Sequence record: PV593634.1
DNA length: 64,000 nucleotides
Direction: 5' to 3' (one strand)
How positions within the stretch are numbered: the first letter of the stretch is position 1; each line of letters begins with the position of its first letter. Shown here in pieces: positions 1 to 10,800 of the stretch. A program made the translations under genes and the position numbers. Below the pieces are notes generated by a model. The model ran no database searches, had not been told where the DNA came from, and worked only from the letters and a program-made list of their open reading frames with translations.

Positions 1-1793
1 GTTGTTTCCATCAACTTGATGTTTTTAACTTTGCTAGTTTCTAATGTCCCATTAACGATCGCACCATTTACCTTGACGTTAAATGGAAGCACCTTAAATC
101 GATCCCAGATTTTGGTAGAGGTGACAAATGGTTCATAGTCGATATCCAAAGTGTTATCGGCTCTGATGGTAAACTGAACTGTTTGTCCTGTAATTTGGTT
201 ATCGGCACTACGGAATGTCATACTGGCTACAGCTTCTCCAGATACACCACGAGTAGTGAACTGAAGCATGGCATTGCCTTCAGGCGTTGTCGTAAGCTGT
301 CTATACTGAAGAGAACCCGTTACCGTGGCTGTGCTAAAGACACCTGGAATACGAACCTTTTGCCCATCACGTTCTTGCCAGGCAGAAATGAGTACAGAAG
401 GATATCTACCCGCTATACCGGTAACAACTTCTGTGTTTAACCGATATTCAATAGGGGCCATTTCGATTGTGGTTTCTGCATTGAGACGCCACATGGTCTG
501 ATACAGAGCAGGATCGGTGATAAAAGGAAGATCCAGAACAAATCCAGATAGTAAAACTCTTTGCTTCATCCAACTGGCAGAAATCTCTTTAACCAATTGG
601 TTAATTGAGTTCAAAGGCGTCCCAGGTTCAACAACTACCTGTTGAATGATACCACCACCAGAGAACTGGTTAACAAAGATACTACCCGCTCTGACCTTGG
701 CACCTTCTATAGTGTACCACGGCGGTATGTTCAATCCGTTAACTGGTCCAAACTGAGTAACGAGCTTCTGTACTTGGTTGGCGAACAAAGGCTGTTGCAT
801 TACCGCTGTGGACATCATATCGGTTCCTGGAACCCATGTGACATCAACCCTTGCTACAGCTTCAGATCCAGTATATCCCGCCTTGAGATCGAATTGTCCA
901 TAGAAAGATCCAGCTACCGGATTGCTGGAAGCAACCGTAGGTTTACCTAATATCTTAAAAGTGATGTGGTCTTCGAATCGTTCATCAATTGTTATGACAG
1001 TACTTACGTTTGGTACATTCGTGGAACCCACTAATGTGAGTGTAAGACCTGGATCGTTTAACTTAATTGGGATCCCGTCTTTATATACAGTAAACCAACC
1101 GTTAATTAATTCTCCCTGATGACCAAATATAGAACCAGACGCCTGATGGATTGGCTGAATGCGCATCCCAGCAACACCAACCCTCAGATTCATGTCGATC
1201 TGGATCCAATCCTCCCCTTCTACCAATCCAGTAGTTCCTTTTCTCAGGACATAAAACGTGAAGGGTCCGATCATTGTATCGGCACCTTGCCATTTAACAT
1301 CCAGCGTTTTGCCATCTGCTTTGGTGGTTACACTAATAAATTTGATTGGGTAGGCGGTGTCTGGTGGAGTACCAGGTTTGTGCTTCTGAATTATTACGTC
1401 GTCAGCCGTTAAGTCTATACCACGGTAACTACTTTGTAACTCCATATTTAAAACTGAGTTAACAGGTGCGACAATAACAGAACCTAAAGGCTTAAGAACA
1501 CTTACTTTCATGAAGTCAGCTTGAGTAGCCTGAATCGTCATGTCTGTTGTAGCGGTTAATCGATGGACTTCCCCGTCAAAGGGAACGTCCAGGGTAAATG
1601 TTGTCGGAGTTACAATCTCATCTCGTGCAGCGTTCACAACTGTAAAGGTGTAATCGCCATTCGGTTGAAAGTAGGGGAAGTCTCCCTCCCCTACTGATTC
1701 AATAGAAATAAGCTGGACATCTTTCGTGATATCCAGCCCGGAGATAGGATCTGTAACTGCGAACGGGACAGCACTAGACTGTTTCAGTTCCAC
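1..1793 (-). CDS. Partial beta-rich virion fibre/structural protein, runs off the left edge; missing from the ORF track
   Basis: Hand translation from GTG at 1793 (SD AAAGGAAA upstream) stays open to position 1: VELKQSSAVPFAVTDPISGLDITKDV...TKIWDRFKVLPFNVKVNG. It uses the same repeat signature as the 3381-aa gene upstream. Confidence 0.8.
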   Translation of the reverse strand, partial: MELKQSSAVPFAVTDPISGLDITKDVQLISIESVGEGDFPYFQPNGDYTFTVVNAARDEIVTPTTFTLDVPFDGEVHRLTATTDMTIQATQADFMKVSVLKPLGSVIVAPVNSVLNMELQSSYRGIDLTADDVIIQKHKPGTPPDTAYPIKFISVTTKADGKTLDVKWQGADTMIGPFTFYVLRKGTTGLVEGEDWIQIDMNLRVGVAGMRIQPIHQASGSIFGHQGELINGWFTVYKDGIPIKLNDPGLTLTLVGSTNVPNVSTVITIDERFEDHITFKILGKPTVASSNPVAGSFYGQFDLKAGYTGSEAVARVDVTWVPGTDMMSTAVMQQPLFANQVQKLVTQFGPVNGLNIPPWYTIEGAKVRAGSIFVNQFSGGGIIQQVVVEPGTPLNSINQLVKEISASWMKQRVLLSGFVLDLPFITDPALYQTMWRLNAETTIEMAPIEYRLNTEVVTGIAGRYPSVLISAWQERDGQKVRIPGVFSTATVTGSLQYRQLTTTPEGNAMLQFTTRGVSGEAVASMTFRSADNQITGQTVQFTIRADNTLDIDYEPFVTSTKIWDRFKVLPFNVKVNGAIVNGTLETSKVKNIKLMET

Positions 1794-1813
1794 AATTATA
1801 TTTCCTTTGTTAA

Positions 1814-4800
1814 TTACTGAGCAACTTCAACCTTGAACGGAGTAGCGTAAGACTTACCATACTCAACAGTCATTGGTGTGAGGTTAGTGATTACCGGTCT
1901 TGCTTCAACAGGGTTCTGCGTAACGGTAATGTCTACAACATATTCACTTCTTCCTTTGTAAGTGAACTTCAGTTGTGCTGTACGAGCTATAGGCACTGAG
2001 GTTGGTTCAGAGAAGTTGTAAGTAATGGTGCTAGTACCGAGAGACTCGATAGTCAACACATCGCTGTTCAACAACTCAATAGCCAAACCAGGGTCGTTGT
2101 TATCCAACTGATCTTCACCAAGCAATACAGCTTGTTTCAGAACCGCTGGTACGAAACGAGAACCTTCACCAGTTTCAGCAAAGTCAGTAATAGGCGTCAG
2201 GTTAGCTGGGATAACTTCCGTCGGTATTGTGATGTCCAAGAAGTCCGAACCAGGGTTCGAGTTACCTGTATCATGCACAGAACGCAGTTGTACCTTCACT
2301 TCACCACGACCTGCTGTGTCACCAGTCACTACGATAGCTAACTGATTATCCTCAGTAACGTTCATCGCTCCAAACGTCACCATTCCAGCGCCATCACTGT
2401 TAGCCTTATCAAACGTCACGTTACCAGGGAGCGGCGCACCACTATAGTTACCTTTGATGTTGATAAGTCCATGTTCACCAATGCCCAGGAGCAGAGGGTC
2501 AGCCGTAGCGACGATCTCTTTTCCGTTCCAACCCAGGATATTAAACTTGATCGGAAGTTTGAGAGTAAAGAGAACGTTCTCAAGCCTGATGTCAAGTTCA
2601 AAGACTGGAAGCACCGTAGTGTTAGCAATCTCGGCAAACTTAACGTACCACTTACCATCACGCATTTCTACGTAAGAGTTAGACTGAACACGGACCGCAG
2701 ATACCTGACTGGTTACATCATCACCCTTCCAAGTAACGTGGAATGGAACATCTCCACTGTCCTTAATACGAGCAGTGACCTCTTCAGTAGTCGCTGTAGC
2801 GATAGGGTGTTCAACAGTTGATACCTGTACCAGGTTAATGTCGGTGAACTTAGCGTGCAGAGAAACATGTACGGACTGCGGACCCAATGTGAACACGGTA
2901 GGTGTAACTTTCTCACCCACAGGAATTACGTTAGCGAACTTAAGTTGCAAGTAGTTCGGGTTTCTCCACCAGTCTGCCCCGTTAACGGCCAGCTCTTGGT
3001 TTCCCGCCCCGAAATCAGCAAGACCTGTGCCAAAGCCAGACGACGTCATATTGATCGGCGTTATACCCTTACGCATGGTATAATTCCAGTTCATGGCCTG
3101 ACCTACCGTTCCTTTCAATTCTTTCGTCCAGGTGACTGGATAAAAACGATTAGGATCATAACAGTAAGTAGGAATGGTCAACTTAACGAAGTCCACACCT
3201 TCAACCGCATTGACATCTGTTTCTTTGGCAGTAAGACCGACATACCAATCAGTATCTTCGGATACCAACCCATCAACAAGACCCAACATACCTGTATAAA
3301 CGTATGGTTGTGTTGTCGTCAGGTTAGAGCCTTTGATCATCGTAGAGTTAGTCTTAGTAACCCACAGAGAGTAAGGACGGGTTCCAGCGTTATCAAGGAT
3401 CTTACCTCTTAATTCCACTTGGAAGCTGTACCCAGTGCTTTGACTTACTCTGGAGAGGATACCCTTGTTAAACTCGGCTGGATTCAGAAGAGTGACCTTC
3501 AGTTCCACACCGTCGTATGGATTGATAACAACATTCGTAGTTGCTGTCAATTCGTAACTACGCAAGTTATGGAAGAAAGTAAACTTCCACGTTACAGGTA
3601 CTGTGATTCCTTCCTCAGTTCCTTTGATCGCTTTCCAACCTTCTGTGAATGTTCCTTGCTGAATGTACTCATTCGTATCAACAGAAATCGCTGTTACATT
3701 GGTAGCAGTCAGAGGTACATTAGTCCCATCAACCTGTACAGAGAACGGATAGGTCGTATTCGCTTTCCACACATCGGTAGTTGGTTCCGTGATGCCGGTT
3801 ACTTCAACCACCGGGTCAGGCGCACCAGGCGTACCCTTAAAGATAACAGGGTAGTCATAGTTGAAGGTGTACACCTTCATCGGTGTTCCGGTCAAGCCTT
3901 TATACCAATAATTGACAACAACCGGTATGACAGTTTCAATATCCGACTCACCAGTGTTTTCAAACATCGATTCAACATCAATGTAATCAGTACCGGCTGC
4001 GCCATGAAGTCTGAACACGTCATTTGTTACAACCCCGCTATTACCAGTTGTGGTATCTCCAAGATTGATGTTGATTCGGCCAAAGGTAAGAGATAACGGA
4101 ACTTTAATGGAAACGTAAGGTTTTGCTCCAGCAGGAATAATGATGGGATCAGGAAGAATACCATCCTTAAACACCACTTCTGGTTTAAACATCTCCCAGG
4201 TTATTGGGCATCTAGAAACGTTCTTATCTAGCGTACCTTGAGGATAACCGTTAGGTCTGGTAACGCCACCGGTAGGTGTTTCCATGTATTCAACCAGCTG
4301 ATATCCATCTTCCAAACCTTCCTTGACTGGCTGAACACCGACAGAGATGTAAGATCCGCTACCGGTACCACCAGTATAGTGCTTAATAAGACCCTTTCCA
4401 CCAGTAAAGTTATTAATAATACTGACGTTGTTGGCGTTAGACCCATTAGGTGAATTTTTGTTCCAGACTAAAGTATCAAAGAAAAGTACAAAATACTCAG
4501 AGCCAGACATGACAGCAGGAACGGATATAACATCCTTTTCACCATCTTTGAAAAGGATCAGTTTGTTAACCATATCCTTTCTTAGGGTGGCTTTATATTG
4601 TACCTGGTCCCAAGCTTCAAACGTGGTCGGTATAGTCACCTGAACAGTTTGACCACCATAAGTATCAGAAATCTTGACGTTATAAACCACGTCAACGACT
4701 TCTTCGGTCTCAGGCGCGCCGATGATCTGAATGCGATGAGGTTGCCCCGAAGCTTTTGTTTTAACTTCAATACGTGGATCGCTTACGCCAATGATCGTTA

Positions 4801-7800
4801 ACTCACGACGAAGGTCAGTACCTGGGCTGGAAACCACTGTCGCAGAGAGATCATAACTCTGCCAGATCTTAACCGTTTGAGGAACTGGAGTGATGGTTAA
4901 ACCGGCGTATGCTAGAACACTCCTTGTGATACGGTTTTCACCCATTACGTAATCTGTCTGGTCTGGAATATCCCAGCAGAAAATATAACTCCCACCTATT
5001 GTCTTCAGCCCAGTAAGTGTCACGACCATGTCATTACCATCGGCCACAACAGACTTGATTGAGAAACTAGGGTCTAGCGGATCTTGACCCACATAGAACA
5101 TGGACTCAGTTTCGTTGATGACAACGTTCGTAGTTGGTTTACCACGATAAGTCATTTTCCAACGCAGCACTGTTTCTTTCCCTTCGATCAATTCGAATGG
5201 GGAAGGAGCTACTGTACCGTTCAACTGATATACCGTACCAACCGCATCCATAACGAAATAGATAGTCGCCACGAGTTCTACAAACGTTTCACGGAATGGA
5301 GCCTTGATAGTTACCTTGTGGTCAAGCCTTACGTTACTACCTGTCTTAGGACCACTGACAACCTGCCACCAGTTATTGGCTGCATTAGGAGCTTCTGGCA
5401 AATCGATCCATGTTCCGGTAGCCGGTGCCGTAGATACCCACTTAATAGGAGAGCACTGAGCAGTGATATCCGTATTAGCGGGACCAGATACGACTTTCAA
5501 ACCGATAGGTGCAGTTCCACCCACTTCCCACAGAACAACTTTCTTACCACCGATTCCACCCAAACGTGGATAGTCATTAGGGTTACCGATATTAAATTTC
5601 TGGATACCCTCACCAAGGTGTGTGTTACCAGTTACTGGATCAACATACGTGTACTTAAGTTTAACATCTACGATACCGTGCGGGTAATCGAGAGGGATTA
5701 ACATTTTAGCGTTATAGCTTTCAGGTCCGGTGTAAGTTATTTCAACTATATCATCGGGATCCATAACCATGGACAGATTGGGGTCATTCAATGGAATAAG
5801 TTTAGCACCTAAGTAAACCTTAACAGAGAAAGCTGTTGGATCACCACTACCACCGTTAGCTGTGGCGTAAGGCAATACACGCAATGGTTCCATCTTGATG
5901 TCGACATCCATAGTCAAACTTACCCAGTCCAGGAATTCCACACCAGGTTTAGCACCACCAGGACGACGGAAGATAAACTTGATAGGACCTTTATATTCCC
6001 CAACAGGTTCGAACGCCCAGCGAGTACGCTGAGAAGCATCACCAGAACCAATCGGACCGACATTACCAATCTCAATAGCACCGTGCAGATCTGTTTCCAG
6101 ATAGTCAATGATATCCTGACCAGTATAGCTAATCACATCCTTGAACTGGAACTGTGCATCCATAGACGCACCAGAAGCCCCAACCACACCGTTATAAGAC
6201 AGTGAAGGAATTGGAACAGCTGGGTTACCGCCCATCCAAGTACCGGTGAAAGTCTTCTGACTCCATGCAGCGATATTCCAGGTAGTATCTGCTTCACCAG
6301 ACCAAGTCCAGCGACGATAATTACCACTATAACGAATCGGGAATACAACTTGCTTAGCATCAACGTCAGCATTAACAACTTCAAATGCTTTCAGGTTAAT
6401 TGCCACGTATCCATTAGGCTGCGCAGAAGCGTCTACAGCTTGCTGGAACCCAGTGGTCAGGTTAACACCGTCACACATTACAGTAGCGCTAACAACACCC
6501 TTCTGGAACATCTTAACGTTGTACACATTTGGAGTGATAGTAACTTCACTCGTAGTGTATTGCTCAGGAACTTCAACACGACGTGGATAACTGGTTCCAC
6601 CGTAAGAGTATGACATGTTCAGGAAGTCTGACACATCGATAGTCTGACCCGGAGCCAAAGGACCCGTCAGCTTGTATTCGAATGACTTCTCACCCCAAGA
6701 GGTAATGGTCAGAACACCAGCGTTGTTGTTTCCTTCTGTAGCAGCTTCAACCGTAACACGTAAACGACCAGCTGTAATTTCCTCAGCCGCATCCAACGGG
6801 ATACCTGCGAACAGGATTTCCATGTTGTACGTACCGGTTTGGTTATGTTGACCAACCAGCAGGTTATCACGCTGTCCAATCTCAAGACCCAACTCACCCA
6901 GAACCTTAGTCGCAATCACACCTTTCCAGATATGATCTTCAGTTGGCGTAGCGCCAGCTTCAGGAGACCAGAACTCTAAATGAATCTCACCCAGTCCAGG
7001 TTCAACACCCAACAGTGTCAGAACGTAATACTCGCCTTCTACCTTAACGCTCTTAAGAGTTAAAGAATCAGGGAATGTAGAAAGGTTCTGTTTGAATATT
7101 GCTTGACCACCAACAGGTTTATCCTTATACAAAGGACGAACACGCAAGATGGATTCAACGTCAACACCACCATCGATATTAGCAGGACTTACTTGACATT
7201 CGAACTTGACGACTTCTTCGCCGCCACCGCCACTATCGCCACGCTTGAGCACTTTGAACTGTGCATCAAAGTCAAGAGTCTGTTCAGTAGTGGTTGATTC
7301 AACCGCATAGAACAAACGCATGCTTAACGTAACGTCGGTATCAACTTCTTTCTGAGCATCAACGATTTCCCAACCACGAGGGGCTTTGAACTCGATGTAC
7401 TTAGAACCCACCAACACTTCGTAACGCAGGATGGTATTCAGGACTTGATCACCCATCATAACGTTCTGGCTAAACGCACCAGTATCCCACAGTTTACCTG
7501 TAGTCAAATCGTTATTGTTGATAACCGCATCGCCAGTCTTAATCGTTACACCCGTAGACCAGGTCTGACGTTTAGGAGTCGGAGCGCCTACGTCATAAGT
7601 AACAATGAAGTCTTCTGGATAGAGAATAACAGAATTAGCAGTACCACCTTTCTTAGCAGTCACGCGTAAACCAGTCTTAGTGGCACCGGCAATGGTAACG
7701 GCTTTAGAAGCAGTATCGCTTAACTGATAACGCATACCAGGAGCGTTTGGAGCAACAGGGTAAACACCGTACTTGAAGCTCAGTTTGATTTCGCCAGTTT

Positions 7801-10800
7801 CACGCCAGTTCAATTCCAATTCAGAATCGGAACTCTCCAGAATGAATGGTTCATCAGTAGAGGTGGTAATAACGTCAAAGTTAAACGTTACCTTGTCCAT
7901 GTTCTCAACCGGAGGGATTGGAGCATTAGGACGAAGGAATACCAACTTCATCTTATCTGTAGCCTGACCAGAGAAGGTGTATGGCAATTCGCCAGTAGGA
8001 CTTAACTCACCCAGAGAGATGTTGGCAGGGATTACGGAAGTACCCATATCCAACGTAACGTCAGTGATTGGCGCACCAGCATAGAGGTAGTCAAACTTCA
8101 ACACACCACCAGTACCAGCAGGACCTTCCAGACGTAACTCGGAGTCAGTCTCAACAACAAACTTCTTACCGTCATAACGTTCAATGTTGAACTCGGTCTC
8201 AACATCCATGGTGTAGTTGTTACCACCCATTTGGTAAGACAGCATCAACATTACCTGAGTGGTGATAGGACGACTGGTGTTACCGTCGATCACATACCAG
8301 GAATCAGGTTCCACAAAAGAAACGTACGGGTTAGTGCCCAGAGGAACGATAGCGTCGATCGGGACATTCTTACCAGAGGTGTCTCTCAGTGTCAGGGTAA
8401 AGCGACCACGATCCCATACCTTAACGCTATAAACAGGGTTGTTACCGATCATTACATCAGGAATAATGATGGTTGCAGGAATGACGTGTTTCTCAGGCCA
8501 CTCTTTCCCATCAGCGTCAGTATAGAGAACGTTGATTGTTACGTTGTACTTGTACTCGGTTCCTTTCTCTCCACCTTTCTCTAACAGGAAAGTTAAGGAC
8601 TTCTCACCGATAGTTTCCAACTTAACAGGTTCACCAGTACCGCTTGTTGCGGTGATAACCATTTTAGGGTCATCCAGCGGAACCGGAATACCTTCATAGT
8701 TATACTCAAGGGTAAACTGTTGTTCAGATTTCCAATAGCCACGAATGTTGGTCCCGATGTTAACCAGGTTCAGTTCTTTAGGCCATTTGATATCTGTAGG
8801 AATAACTGCATTGATTGTTGAACCAGACTTGTGGACGTAAGCCAGAGTCATGTCGTGAATACCGCCTTTAGTGGTTTCATAACCGACTACCAGACCTTCG
8901 CCTTCAACCTGAGAACCAACACCCAGAATCATGGTTTCTGGAATAGTGGAACGGGTCTTGTCCAGAATAACGTCTTTCGTTGCTTCCACACCTTTATAAG
9001 TAAAGGTAGCAGTGATCTTCCCGTTGGTACGAGAGTCTTGCTCAATGGAGGTCGGATTCCAAACACCTTTGAAAGTAATTTGGTCCCAAGCTTCCAAGTG
9101 GTAAGTAACCGGCTTGATGAACTTCTGATCTTTGGTCTCACCAACAGCCCAACCAATTTCCAACTCTAATGGCAGAGTCAGTTCTTCCTTATCAGCCCAC
9201 ACTACTTCCCAGTTCAGTTTAGAGAACGAGATGTAACGTTGTGATTCGGTAGCACGGATAAAGGTAATAGCAGAACTCCAATCAGTATCTCCAGCGAACA
9301 GTTTAAATGGCAGAGTGCCAGTTTCCCAGATCTTGGTATTAATGATTTCTTCTACATCGCCTTCGATACGCATCGGAGGGAACGTGGTACGAACTGGTAG
9401 GTTCAGACTTACACTGCTAACGTTCAGCGGATCAAGTGGGTCAGCATAGGTATATTTAACAGGGATGTATTCCTGAATATAAGTACCGATAGCTGTCCAC
9501 GTGTTGTTGAATACCAGAATACCGGTATCTTCAACACCTTGTACCTTAACTTTAGTATCGCGAGTCAGGTATTCGGTTTGCAGCTGTGGGTCGGTTAACA
9601 GAACGCGCTCACCAGCGAAGCTCAGATAAACATTAGCCAGCTCAGCAGGTTTAGCAACCTCGATGTTGGTATCACGAGCGTAGTCAGTCAGCAACAGAAC
9701 ACGAGACTGCTTAACGTTCGCGCTGATACTTAAAACACCAGTATCTTCAGGTTTAGGTTCACCTACAACACCAGGACGGATAACGTAGATCTTACCGGTA
9801 GAAACAGTCGGTAACAGTTTGGTATACTTAACGCGAATAACGTTAGTATCTTCAACATAAGAGATTTCGTCAAACGTAATGTGTTCAGGTACGACAGTTT
9901 TATCATCAACCACAATAGCGGTGGACGTAATGTCAACACCTTCCTGGAATACACGGAATTCGAATTCACCGGTTTCGTTGTTTACACCACCAATGGAAAC
10001 ACTGGACGGTACAGTAACAACTACGGTGTTCTCTTTCGGTTCTTCAGGACCTGGTTCTTTCCACGCTTTGATTTCAAAGTTCTGATCGTATTCGAAGTCT
10101 TTCCAAACACCATCAATAGAGAAACGGAACTTAGTCTTAGCAGTGGTCGTGTTATTTGGTTCTGGATCTTTAGGTGCTTCGGTGACCACCCAAGAACCCC
10201 AGCTACCCTGCATAGGCTTGATAATCCCTTTAGGATCGACAAACTCATAACCAGCAATATCACGAGTACGATCTTCGCCGTTCAGTGTAAAGATGAACGG
10301 AATCCAACCTGTGCTATAACGTTCAACCAGATACGGATCAGGATAACGCGGAGTAACACTGTAAACAGAAATACGTTTAACAGTTACACCAATACGGTTC
10401 TGTCTGGTATAACGAACACCCGTAGGAGAAATCCAACGGAAAGTTTGTAACCAGGAATCGCTGATAGGTTCACCAGGAATACCAGAGTCTTTCAGCAAGA
10501 CATAAGTAATGCCCGTTGGGGTAACACCTGTCAGTTCGATCAAACCTTCATCACCAACCACACCTGGGCGAATGTTCAGTTCAGTAGCAGGGATTGGATC
10601 GTCACCGTAGAACGCGCTTACTTCGATCTCACCAGTATCGCCCTTGTAACCAACCACGGAACTGGTTAAGCCACGGATTTCAAACTGAGGACCGGCAGTA
10701 GCAGGGATCAATACAACGTTGACATAAGCAGGAGCCGTCTCAGTTGCACCACCATCGTTATACAGGAACATTTCAGAGTACAACGCGCCTTTCTTCTCTT

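Noticed and set aside
1794-1816. Programmed frameshift or readthrough fusing the 3381-aa gene to the next ORF
   Set aside because: No canonical slippery heptamer or downstream structure was seen, and the next ORF has its own SD and GTG.
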